Assembly: GCA_025935195.1 (NCBI GenBank)
Contig: JAICVS010000004.1
Location: 107 to 64,106, forward strand
DNA: 64,000 bases
Direction: 5' to 3'
Origin: Ktedonobacterales bacterium
GTDB lineage: Bacteria > Chloroflexota > Ktedonobacteria > Ktedonobacterales > JADMIN01
Position numbers and translations under genes: made by a program. Shown piece by piece: positions 26,416 to 36,400 of the stretch; the stretch's first letter is position 1; each line of letters begins with the position of its first letter. The notes under the pieces were generated by a model that saw nothing but the letters and a program-made list of their open reading frames with translations, was not told the origin of the DNA and made no database searches.

Positions 26416-27870
26416 ATGATTGGATTGGTCGGCCTCGATCACACGAATGCGGGTGTGGAGCTGCGTGGGCGGCTGGTGTTTTCCGCGGAGCGCCTGCCGG
26501 AGGCGCTGCGTGAGCTGGCGGCGCGGCCGTCGCTCGGCGAGGTGGTGATCGTCTCCACCTGTAACCGCACGGAGGTCTACGCCGCCGCGTCGGACTGGGC
26601 CGAGGCCCGCGCTGATATCCGCGCGTTTTTGGCGGCAACGCTCGCCGCCGCCGAGCCAGTGGAGCCCATCGAGGCCGCGGAGGCCGCCACGATTCAGCAC
26701 GACGCATCCACCAACGGGCGAGCGCACGCGCAGCGGGCCAGTGTGACGCGCACAGCCGCCGCACGCGCGCCACGCGGCTCTGCCCATACCCTGCCCGACG
26801 AGCTTGCGCGCTCGCTCTACGAATTCGAGAGCCTGGACGCCGCGGGGCATATTCTGCGTGTGGCCTGCGGGCTGCGCTCGATGGTGGTGGGCGAGGCGCA
26901 GATTCTTGGACAGGTGAAAGAGGCGCTGGCCGCCGCGGAGTCGGCCGGCACCGCCGGCGAGGAACTGCGCGCGCTCTTTACGCAGGCCATCAAGACGGGC
27001 AAGCGCGCGCGCGCGGAGACCGAGATCGGCCGCGCCGATGTTTCTGTCGGCGCGCTGGCGGTCCGTGTCGCGGCGGACCTGCGCGGCGATCTGGCCGGCG
27101 CGTGCGCGCTGGTGATCGGCGCCGGGCGCACCAGTCAGCTCTGCGCCAGCCTCCTGCGTGAGGCCGGCATCGGCCGTTTGATCCTCGCCAACCGCACTCT
27201 GCCGGCGGCGGGCGAGCTGGCGGAGGCGGTGGGCGGTGAGGCGATTGCGCTGGCGGATATGGCGGTGGCGCTGCCGGATGTGGATCTGGTTATCAGCGCG
27301 ACGGCGGCGCCGCACATCGTGCTCAAGGCCTCGATTGTGGCGGCCGCGGTGGCCGGGCGGAGCGCGCCGCTGCTCGTCATTGACCTCGCCGTACCGCCGG
27401 ATGTGGACGAGAGCGTGGCGACTATCCCCAGCGTCACGCTGCGCACGCTGGACAGCCTGCGTGTCGCGGACAGCCCGGATGGGCTCGCGGCCGGGGATCG
27501 CGAGGTCGAGCTGGCGCGTGTCGAGGCCATCGCGGAAGATGGGGTGCGCGAGTACAGCCGTGCCCGCGCGGTGCGCCTGGCCGTTCCCGGCATCGCCGCG
27601 CTGCGCCGCCATGTGGATGCCTCGGAGCGCGCCGAGCTGGACCGCGCGCTCGCCCAGCTCGACCAGCTTTCCGCGGCCGACCGTGCGGTCGTCGAACGCT
27701 TCGGCCAACGGCTGGTGGATAAGATGTTTCATCACCTCGTTTCGCGCATCCGCTCGCTCGCCGAGTACGACGAAGTGCCGCTCGACCTCACGATGCGGGT
27801 GCTCGCGCGCCTCTTTGCCGATCCAGAGATGCCACAGCCGCCGCGGGATGGCGAACGAGCCAGCGGGTGA
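26416..27870 (+). CDS. hemA: glutamyl-tRNA reductase
   Basis: MIGLVGLDHTNAGVELR, STCNRTEVY (catalytic Cys) and VVGEAQILGQVK are HemA signatures. The start is chosen at the conserved N-terminus. Confidence 0.9.
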   Translation: MIGLVGLDHTNAGVELRGRLVFSAERLPEALRELAARPSLGEVVIVSTCNRTEVYAAASDWAEARADIRAFLAATLAAAEPVEPIEAAEAATIQHDASTNGRAHAQRASVTRTAAARAPRGSAHTLPDELARSLYEFESLDAAGHILRVACGLRSMVVGEAQILGQVKEALAAAESAGTAGEELRALFTQAIKTGKRARAETEIGRADVSVGALAVRVAADLRGDLAGACALVIGAGRTSQLCASLLREAGIGRLILANRTLPAAGELAEAVGGEAIALADMAVALPDVDLVISATAAPHIVLKASIVAAAVAGRSAPLLVIDLAVPPDVDESVATIPSVTLRTLDSLRVADSPDGLAAGDREVELARVEAIAEDGVREYSRARAVRLAVPGIAALRRHVDASERAELDRALAQLDQLSAADRAVVERFGQRLVDKMFHHLVSRIRSLAEYDEVPLDLTMRVLARLFADPEMPQPPRDGERASG

Positions 27871-27920
27871 AACCGCGCCTGAGGGCGTGCCGCCACGAAA
27901 CCGGCCCGCGCCGGTTGGGA
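27865..27920 (+). repeat. REP-like element, family B, copy 2
   Basis: GGGTGAAACCGCGCCTGAGGGCGTGCCGCCACGAAACCGGCCCGCGCCGGTTGGGA. It overlaps the hemA stop codon. Confidence 0.7.
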
Positions 27921-28061
27921 ACCAAGCCCCGCATGTCGCTCCATGGATGGGAAGCATGGGCACGCTCCGCGCCATTTGGGTTGGCCGCGTTGACGCCTTT
28001 TGCCGCATGGGTTTATACTCGCGCCCGCGATGCTGTGGCTGGAGAGAGTGAGGAACAACGC

Positions 28062-28661
28062 ATGCGGGCGGGCGCCAGGCTGAGGATGGAACGATCCGCG
28101 TTCGCGCTCACCCATTTGCCCGCGCTCGCCGGTGTGGTGATGGTCGCCGGGCTGCTCCTGGTGGCGTGCCGCGCGAGCGTGGCCGCACCCAATCCGCCGG
28201 CCGGGGCGTATAAGAGCGCCCAGTTCCACTTCAGCGTCACCTATCCCACTGGCTGGCAGGCCGCCCCGACGCCGGCGGACCAATCATCTCCCGCTGTGCC
28301 GCTGACGCTGGTGATCACGCGCTCCGGCGACACGGCGGCCACCGGTTCTGTCTCATCGTTCACGCTCACGGTCTTCGATCTACGGGTGGGCGCCGTCGCC
28401 ACGTCGGCGGCGCAGCTCAAGCAGAAGGCGTTGGCTCCCAACTCGCCGCTGCGGGTGGTCACGCTGGCGGGGCAGACGGCCTACCAGGACGCGCCCGCGC
28501 AGCGCCCGCTCCCCGGCGGCGCCAACCTCACCATCTCACATACCGACTACTATCTGTTCACCGCCAGCTATGAATACCAGATCAGCGTCGAGTCCGTCTC
28601 CGGCGAGCATGCGGACGCCGATCTTGCCAGCATGCTCAAGAGCTTTGCGCTTACATCGTAG
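28062..28661 (+). CDS. putative lipoprotein
   Basis: A signal peptide ends in the lipobox-like LLVAC. GAGG precedes ATG 28062. No family recognised. Confidence 0.65.
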   Translation: MRAGARLRMERSAFALTHLPALAGVVMVAGLLLVACRASVAAPNPPAGAYKSAQFHFSVTYPTGWQAAPTPADQSSPAVPLTLVITRSGDTAATGSVSSFTLTVFDLRVGAVATSAAQLKQKALAPNSPLRVVTLAGQTAYQDAPAQRPLPGGANLTISHTDYYLFTASYEYQISVESVSGEHADADLASMLKSFALTS

Positions 28662-28878
28662 TGGGCCGGTCTGGTGCGATAGTTTGATCGGCTGACGAGT
28701 ATGCTACGGTCGTCCCATCACGCTTGCGCACGAGATTGATGTGTCCGCGCCGATAGGTGGGATGGTGCTTGCCGCGGACGCCGCGCGAGAAGTCGTACTC
28801 GTCTCGCGTCTCTTCATTCAGGTCTTCGCTATGTCCGCTCACCTGATCATCGTTCATATGCGAGCCTGTTCCCATCAT
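28651..28878 (-). CDS. small hypothetical protein, translationally coupled to the upstream HicB-like gene
   Basis: The ATG overlaps the upstream stop (ATGA at 28875-28878). The protein contains EYDFSRGVRGKH. Confidence 0.45.
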   Translation of the reverse strand: MMGTGSHMNDDQVSGHSEDLNEETRDEYDFSRGVRGKHHPTYRRGHINLVRKRDGTTVAYSSADQTIAPDRPTTM

Positions 28879-29507
28879 ACTCTGCGCAGCGCCTCCGCTT
28901 GTTCGCGCGCCAGCAATACGCTCCGGCGCAGCACTTTGCGCAGCGACCAGCGCTCGCCTTCATGCTCCCAGACGCGCGCACGCTCTTCGTCGGTCGCGGC
29001 GCGCAGCCGGGCGAGGCTCGCCTGCCATATCTGACGCAGGTGGTCCGCCGGTGTTCCCGGTAGTTGCGCGATGGGCGGCACGAGCGGCCGCGCGTCCATC
29101 CGCGCGGTCAGCCAGAGCTGCGCTTGCGCGACGGCATCCAGCAGCGCGCCGGCTTCCGGCCGGGCGGCGAGATCGCTGTAGGACCAGTCGAGCAGGGCGA
29201 GATACCAGTCGAGGTCTTCGTTCGAGGTCGGCTCGGCGTCTGAGGCGAAGAAGGCGCCGATGTGGTCGGCGCTCAGGCGGACGATTTCACGGGGTGTCAC
29301 GGCGTATGGCCCATGCATCACGGGTGTGTATTCGTCGTGCGCGCTCAGCCAGGCGTAATAGCCGGGGATGGCGGCCACGAGCGCGGCCAGCGCGGCCTCC
29401 TGCCCCATGCCGCGCCCGAAGCAGCCCGGTAGATCGGCGATCTGGGCGAGGCAGGAGCCATCCGGCCGCACCTCTAGAGAGCCGTCGTAGACCGCGCCAT
29501 CGCCCAT
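28875..29507 (-). CDS. HicB-like (UPF0150) N-terminal domain fused to a DinB/YfiT-like helical domain
   Basis: YDGSLEVRPDGSCLAQIADLPGCFGRGMGQEAAL is a HicB/UPF0150-type fold signature. The C-terminal half is a helical bundle (…ERWSLRKVLRR…). Confidence 0.6.
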   Translation of the reverse strand: MGDGAVYDGSLEVRPDGSCLAQIADLPGCFGRGMGQEAALAALVAAIPGYYAWLSAHDEYTPVMHGPYAVTPREIVRLSADHIGAFFASDAEPTSNEDLDWYLALLDWSYSDLAARPEAGALLDAVAQAQLWLTARMDARPLVPPIAQLPGTPADHLRQIWQASLARLRAATDEERARVWEHEGERWSLRKVLRRSVLLAREQAEALRRV

Positions 29508-29533
29508 GCCGCGCCTCGCTCTTCTGTTTGGGG

Positions 29534-29586
29534 AGTCCTCACCCCCCGGCCCCTCTCCCCGCGGGGAGAAGGGGAGAGGGGGAGCC
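29534..29586 (+). repeat. REP-like palindromic element, family A, copy 1
   Basis: AGTCCTCACCCCCCGGCCCCTCTCCCCGCGGGGAGAAGGGGAGAGGGGGAGCC. The hairpin core is CCCCTCTCCCC-GCG-GGGGAGA(A)GGGG. Confidence 0.85.
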
Positions 29587-29616
29587 AGAGCATGCCAGGC
29601 AGGCAACGTCTCTGGG

Positions 29617-31599
<1,983 letters not shown>

Positions 31600-31880
31600 G
31601 CGCGCCTCACTCGCGGGGGGAACGGGACGAGAGCACTACGACGGGGGATGGTTGGTGATGGATGATGGCGGGCGAGCCGCAGGGCAGACGCCCCACGTTC
31701 TTTCGCATTCTTTATGGGCATGGTGAAAGCGGAACGGACACTTCCCGGCACGCTCCCTGGCATGCATGCCGGGAGGACTCTCCTACGGACGCTTCCCGGG
31801 ATGCATGCCGGGGGTGATTCTGTCATCGTGGCGGGTGCGTGGGCGGGCGCTGGCGCTCCAGTATACCACTCCGGCGCGGG

Positions 31881-31920
31881 GTTCCTCACCCCCGGCCCCC
31901 TCTCCTTGTGGGAAGAGGGG
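31881..31920 (+). repeat. REP-like element, family A, copy 2 (nested inside repeat-element copy 3)
   Basis: GTTCCTCACCCCCGGCCCCCTCTCCTTGTGGGAAGAGGGG. Confidence 0.75.
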
Positions 31921-31955
31921 CGTCGCGGCGTCGTAGCCGGCGATCAGCCGGGGCT

Positions 31956-32315
31956 GCAATGTTCACCAGCGCAGTCAACATTGCCGTTTTTGCCGCTTTT
32001 CGGTTTTGTATCGGTCGTGTCCTCCTCTCGAACGCCGAATTCAAGCCGCATGGCGTGGATCGGGAACTTGACATGTGGCGTTATGGGCGGCAAAAGTGGC
32101 AAGAAACGGCAATGAAGTGGCAACGGATGGCACGGTCGGTGGCAAAACGGCAAGGTTTGCGCAGGGGTGTGGGTGCATCCTGGTCGTCATGCCGGCGGCT
32201 GCCGTTGGGGGCGAGGAGCGTATTCGCGTCTGTATGCGGTTGTTCAGGGTGCTGGCGGTGTGGAGTGGCGCCAGGTCAATAGAACTAATTTACTACAGAA
32301 GATGAGGGATGTCAA
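31956..32315 (-). repeat. promoter-led TTGCC-array element, copy 3 of 4
   Basis: The minus strand carries the promoter, AGTTCTATT, the hairpin CTGGCG-N11-CGCCAG, CCTGAACAACCGCATA, the TTGCC array, GGCTTGAATTCGG, and the terminal palindrome (31956-31966 / 31974-31985). Confidence 0.75.
32287..32315 (-). promoter_or_regulatory. sigma70-like promoter of repeat-element copy 3
   Basis: Minus strand: TTGACA (rc of 32310-32315), 17 nt, TAAATT (rc of 32287-32292). Confidence 0.6.
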
Positions 32316-32615
32316 GGCGGTGAGATGGGCGCCATCGGTAGATTTACCGGTTCGCCAGGGCTGGCGGCGCGTACACAAACTTGGTATACTGCGCATCGCC
32401 CCCTCCGCGCGGATGTTTCGCGCCTCGCCGCGATGATGCGGCCCCCAAGGGGCGATTCCCCAAGGATGCTCAAGCGCCGGCGGCGCCGCTGGCATGGCCT
32501 GATCTTTCTCTGCCCGCTCGGCGCGTCGCCCGCCTCACGCTGCCCGAGGCCTCACGGCACGGCGGCAGACTCGCTACGTCCCGCGGCATCCCGATCTCGA
32601 CGGGAGGATTCGCTC

Positions 32616-34382
32616 ATGTCGCATACGCTGCCGCTCGCTCTATCTGCCCTGACTCCTGGCTCATCCAGCCCTGCCCTATCCCGCTCCAGCCTATCACGTG
32701 GCGCTGTCGCGCCCTTCACGCTCGCGGCCAGTGGTTTTCCCGCTTACCCCACTGCCTCGCGCCTGCCGCTCGTTCCCGCGCTCGCCGGTCCGCCGAAAGA
32801 CGCCGACGAGCTGACCCCGGCCGCCGTCCCGCTCGATGTCGAAGCCGCCTTGCACGGCGAGCCGCTGCGGATCATGGTCGTCGCGTCGGAAGGCGTGCCG
32901 TTCGTCAAGACGGGTGGGCTGGCCGACGTGATCGGCGCGCTGCCGCGCGCACTGCGCCGTCTCGGCCACGATGTGCGCGTCTTTTTGCCGCGCTATAGCA
33001 GCATTGATCCCGTGCGCTGGCAGCTCGAAACCGTCGCTACTGGTCTCTGCGTTCCGATGGATCAATCCACTGAGCCGGTGGACGTGCTGCGCGCGCCCGC
33101 CGCGCCCGCCACGGCCTCCGGCTCCGACGGTCCCGGCCGCGACGTTCCCTTCTACTTCATCGATTCGGCCCACTATCTCCAGCGCGAAAAGCCCTACGGC
33201 TACCCCGACGACGGTGAGCGCTTCATCCTCTTCTGCCGCGGTGCGCTCGAATACGCGCGTTCGGTTGGCTGGGCGCCGGACATCATCCATTGCCACGACT
33301 GGCATACGGCGATCATTCCCAACTGGACGCGCACCATCTACCGCGACGATCCCTGTTTCAAAGACAGCGCCACCGTTTTCACCATTCACAACCTTGCTTA
33401 CCAGGGTATCTTCGGCTACCGCATCCTCGAAGTGGCGGGGGTCGCGCAGGAAGGCTTTCTTTTTCCTGAAGTGCCGGAGTTTGCCAACGTGGTGGACCTG
33501 ATGGGTCGGGGCATTCTCTTCTCCGATGTGGTCAGCACGGTCAGCCCGCGTTACGCTCGCGAGATTCTCACCAGCGATTTCGGCGAGCGCCTCGATCCTA
33601 TCCTGCGCGAGCGCCGCGACCACCTCTATGGCATTCTCAATGGTGTGGATACTGAGGAATTCGATCCCGCCACTGATCCGCACATCGCGCGCAACTACGA
33701 CGCCTTCTCGCTGGACGACCGTCCGGCCAACAAGCGCGCGCTGCAACAGCAGATGCGCCTGCCGGTGGATGAGAGCATCCCGCTGATCGGTATCATCTCG
33801 CGCCTGACCGACCAGAAGGGCTTTGACTTGCTGGATCAGGTCGCCATCCCGCTGATCGAGCAGGGCATCCAACTCGTGGTCGCGGGCACCGGCGATCAGC
33901 ACTACCATACGATGTTCCAGCGCCTCGCCGCGCGCTATCCGACGCAGGTTTCGATCAATCTGACGTTCGGGCAGGAGATCAGCCAGCGCATCTACGCCGG
34001 CTCCGATATGATCCTGATGCCCTCGCGCTTCGAGCCGTGCGGCCTGACGCAGATGCTGGCGATGCGCTACGGCAGCATCCCCATCGTGCATGCGGTGGGC
34101 GGGCTGGCCGATACCGTGCAGGAATTCGACCCGGCCGCCAACAGCGGCAACGGCTTCCGCTTCGCCAGCCCCGACGCCTTCCAGCTTCCGTTCCATCTCT
34201 TCGCCGCCGTGGTGCGCGCCCTCGAGGCCTATCGCTTTCCCGATCCCTGGCGCGATCTGATGCAGCGCGCGATGCTTGCGGATTACTCGTGGGACGCATC
34301 CGCCGAGCAGTACGTGGCGTTGTACCGCCGCGCCCACGAGCTGCATCAGTTGGGCAAGCCGCGCGCGGCGGCGGCCGAGTGA
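32616..34382 (+). CDS. glgA: glycogen synthase (ADP-glucose type) with an extended N-terminus
   Basis: MVVASEGVPFVKTGGLADVIGALP is the KTGGL motif. …HCHDWHTA… and the C-terminal …PSRFEPCGLTQM… are also present. GGGAGGA precedes ATG 32616. Confidence 0.9.
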   Translation: MSHTLPLALSALTPGSSSPALSRSSLSRGAVAPFTLAASGFPAYPTASRLPLVPALAGPPKDADELTPAAVPLDVEAALHGEPLRIMVVASEGVPFVKTGGLADVIGALPRALRRLGHDVRVFLPRYSSIDPVRWQLETVATGLCVPMDQSTEPVDVLRAPAAPATASGSDGPGRDVPFYFIDSAHYLQREKPYGYPDDGERFILFCRGALEYARSVGWAPDIIHCHDWHTAIIPNWTRTIYRDDPCFKDSATVFTIHNLAYQGIFGYRILEVAGVAQEGFLFPEVPEFANVVDLMGRGILFSDVVSTVSPRYAREILTSDFGERLDPILRERRDHLYGILNGVDTEEFDPATDPHIARNYDAFSLDDRPANKRALQQQMRLPVDESIPLIGIISRLTDQKGFDLLDQVAIPLIEQGIQLVVAGTGDQHYHTMFQRLAARYPTQVSINLTFGQEISQRIYAGSDMILMPSRFEPCGLTQMLAMRYGSIPIVHAVGGLADTVQEFDPAANSGNGFRFASPDAFQLPFHLFAAVVRALEAYRFPDPWRDLMQRAMLADYSWDASAEQYVALYRRAHELHQLGKPRAAAAE

Positions 34383-34506
34383 TGATGTGATGGGGCAGAC
34401 AGGTGCCAGTACCTCGACACGGCATCGTTCCGCGCTCGCGGCAGTGAAGTGCCGGCGCATGGTCGGTGAGGGCTGAGGCTGTTTCTTGTTTGGGTGGACG
34501 GCGCGG

Positions 34507-34551
34507 AGTCCTCACCCCCCGGCCCCCTCTCCCCGCGAGGAGAGGGGGGCC
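34507..34551 (+). repeat. REP-like element, family A, copy 3
   Basis: AGTCCTCACCCCCCGGCCCCCTCTCCCCGCGAGGAGAGGGGGGCC, located between convergent genes. Confidence 0.85.
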
Positions 34552-34563
34552 AGTGCGCGACCG

Positions 34564-35472
34564 CTAGGATAAGCGGCGCCCATAGGCGATGTGGAACGGC
34601 GAGACGCACGGTGCGTTGGGAGCGGCCACCGCCGCGCGCGCCTCAGCCACGACGCGCTCGAACTCGGCGGCCGTAGCGATGCCCTGTGCCTCCATCAGGC
34701 CGCCGTACGCCTGCACGCCGTTGAAGAAATCGGCCATCAGCAGCTTGCCGGTGCGGCCGCCGTAGTCGCCGAAGGGCAAGGTGACACGCTGGCTGACGAT
34801 GTCGGACAGCCGCGCCGCCCGCAGCAGCTCGCCGACGCGCCCGCCATCGGGGAAGTTGATGCCGCGCCGCGCCAGCAGCGTCACGATCCAGCGCATGAAG
34901 AGGTCCATCTCCGGGCCGCCGTTCTCCAATGTCGTGGCCTCAACGGATTCGACCCAGCCGCCGGGCCGTGTCACGCGCGCCAGCTCGCCGACGACGAACG
35001 GCCAGCGGTCGTGCGGGATCGCCAGCACGAGCAGGCGCATATGGACGAAGTCGAAGCTGGCATCGGGGAAGGGCAGGCCCTCCAGGACGTTGCCGGCCAC
35101 GAAGGTGTAGTTCGGTGGGCGGACTTCGCGGCCGCCCGCCTCGGCGCGCTCGTCGGCCGGAGGCACGGTGACATCCAGGCCTACGACACGCGCGGTGGGG
35201 AAGAGGGTTGCCATCTCGCGGGCCCACTGCCCGGTGCCGGCGCCCACGTCTAGGATGTCACGCGGCTGTTGGATGGGGGCGGCATAGTTGCCATGGAACA
35301 CCTGGCGCAGCAGGTAATGCTGGAAATCCAGCCGGTTCATCTCCTCCAGGTCGGCCGGCAGCACGTAGGGGATGCCAATCTTGCGCAGCCGCCCGCCGAT
35401 CACGGCGACGGATGCTCCCTCCGCCGCCGACTCCGCCGCCGAGCGCCGGCGCACCCATCCAAACCATCGCAT
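34564..35472 (-). CDS. class I SAM-dependent methyltransferase
   Basis: Motif I is ILDVGAGTGQWA. …VVGLDV… and …FDFVHMRLL… follow. GGAGGGTGA precedes ATG 35472. Confidence 0.85.
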   Translation of the reverse strand: MRWFGWVRRRSAAESAAEGASVAVIGGRLRKIGIPYVLPADLEEMNRLDFQHYLLRQVFHGNYAAPIQQPRDILDVGAGTGQWAREMATLFPTARVVGLDVTVPPADERAEAGGREVRPPNYTFVAGNVLEGLPFPDASFDFVHMRLLVLAIPHDRWPFVVGELARVTRPGGWVESVEATTLENGGPEMDLFMRWIVTLLARRGINFPDGGRVGELLRAARLSDIVSQRVTLPFGDYGGRTGKLLMADFFNGVQAYGGLMEAQGIATAAEFERVVAEARAAVAAPNAPCVSPFHIAYGRRLS

Positions 35473-35527
35473 ACGCTCACCCTCCGGTTCATTGCTGTCA
35501 CGTCTGTTGCTCACATACGCCGCGGGA

Positions 35528-35573
35528 AGTCCTCACTCCCCGATCCCCCTCTCCCTGTGGGGAGAGGGGAGCC
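35528..35573 (+). repeat. REP-like element, family A, copy 4
   Basis: AGTCCTCACTCCCCGATCCCCCTCTCCCTGTGGGGAGAGGGGAGCC. Confidence 0.85.
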
Positions 35574-35625
35574 AGAGCCACGCCGCACCGACCGGGTGGG
35601 CAGTGGTTCCGTGAAGAATCCGGGC

Positions 35626-35973
35626 TTAGATCGGGTAGAAGGGGATGCCAGGACAGAACTGGTCGGGATGGTAGCCCGGCGGCAGCTCGATCAGCACCGC
35701 GACCATACCCGTCTTCGTCGGCGAGGCGAGCGTCAGCCGTCCGCCGACGCTTTCGACGACTGGCCGCGCCGCCCGCACGCGGGCGACGTTCTGTGGATTG
35801 CCCAGCAGGGCTTGATACGGCATCAGTCCCATGCCCACGTTGCGCTTCGCCCCAGATCCATCGCGCACCAGCGCGGCGCGCGTCTCGGACGCGCGGCCAT
35901 CTGGCACGCCGCGAGGCCAGGGCAAATCCTTCGTCGAGCGATCGGCCGGCCAGCCACGGGCGTGTCCGCGCAC
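35626..35973 (-). CDS. hypothetical protein (uncertain gene call)
   Basis: Track ORF with a GTG start. The C-terminal part (…VGGRLTLASPTKTGMVAVLIELPPGYHPDQ…) looks protein-like, but no family or RBS is recognised, and a competing ORF occupies another frame. Confidence 0.35.
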   Translation of the reverse strand: MRGHARGWPADRSTKDLPWPRGVPDGRASETRAALVRDGSGAKRNVGMGLMPYQALLGNPQNVARVRAARPVVESVGGRLTLASPTKTGMVAVLIELPPGYHPDQFCPGIPFYPI

Positions 35974-36275
35974 GCGCGAGATATGGGGCCGGCCGGGGCA
36001 CGATCCTGCGCCCTGGCCGGCCGAGCCGATCCACCCCCCTTAGTGTTCGTTGCTCATGATCCCAAGCTGGTGATCCCAGGCTCGCGGCCTGAGTCGCGGT
36101 TTGGATTCCTCCCCGTCGTTCCTCGTTACGCTCCTACTGATATGTCGTCCATGTTGCGCCAGGCTATAGGCAACAGGTATCGCTCCCTTTTGCCGGTCGC
36201 CAGGTGTGGTCGGCGACCGGATAGGGAAGCGATACCTAGCGTACAGCACGTGTCAAGCCGACGGCAGGCGGCAAG

Positions 36276-36332
36276 GTTCCTCACCCCTAGCCCCCTCTCC
36301 CCGCGGGGAGAGGGGGAGCCAGAGGGGGAGCC
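36276..36332 (+). repeat. REP-like element, family A, copy 5
   Basis: GGTTCCTCACCCCTAGCCCCCTCTCCCCGCGGGGAGAGGGGGAGCCAGAGGGGGAGCC. Confidence 0.85.
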
Positions 36333-36400
36333 ATGACACACCGGATGGGCAGCGTTTGCATGACACACCGGATGGGCAGCGTTTGCATGACGCATTCGGG
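36333..36400. repeat. 27-bp tandem repeat x about 2.5 (ATGACACACCGGATGGGCAGCGTTTGC)
   Basis: Two perfect units (36333-36359, 36360-36386) plus a diverged partial unit. The array abuts the TIR gene stop. Confidence 0.9.

Noticed and set aside
26206-28008. 600-aa ORF on the minus strand
   Set aside because: It is antisense to hemA, which has unambiguous family motifs. It is Arg/Gly/Ala-rich with no domain.
29534-29586. REP-A hairpins as Rho-independent terminators
   Set aside because: None of the copies is followed by a T/U-tract on either strand. Their single fixed orientation, irrespective of gene direction, argues for a repeat family rather than gene-specific terminators.
32694-34460. 588-aa ORF on the minus strand
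   Set aside because: It is antisense to glgA and has no recognisable motifs.
35498-36034. 178-aa minus-strand ORF overlapping the 35626-35973 call in another frame
   Set aside because: It is R/A/P/G-rich low-complexity sequence that runs into REP-A copy 4. It is less protein-like than the alternative frame, which is itself only a weak call.
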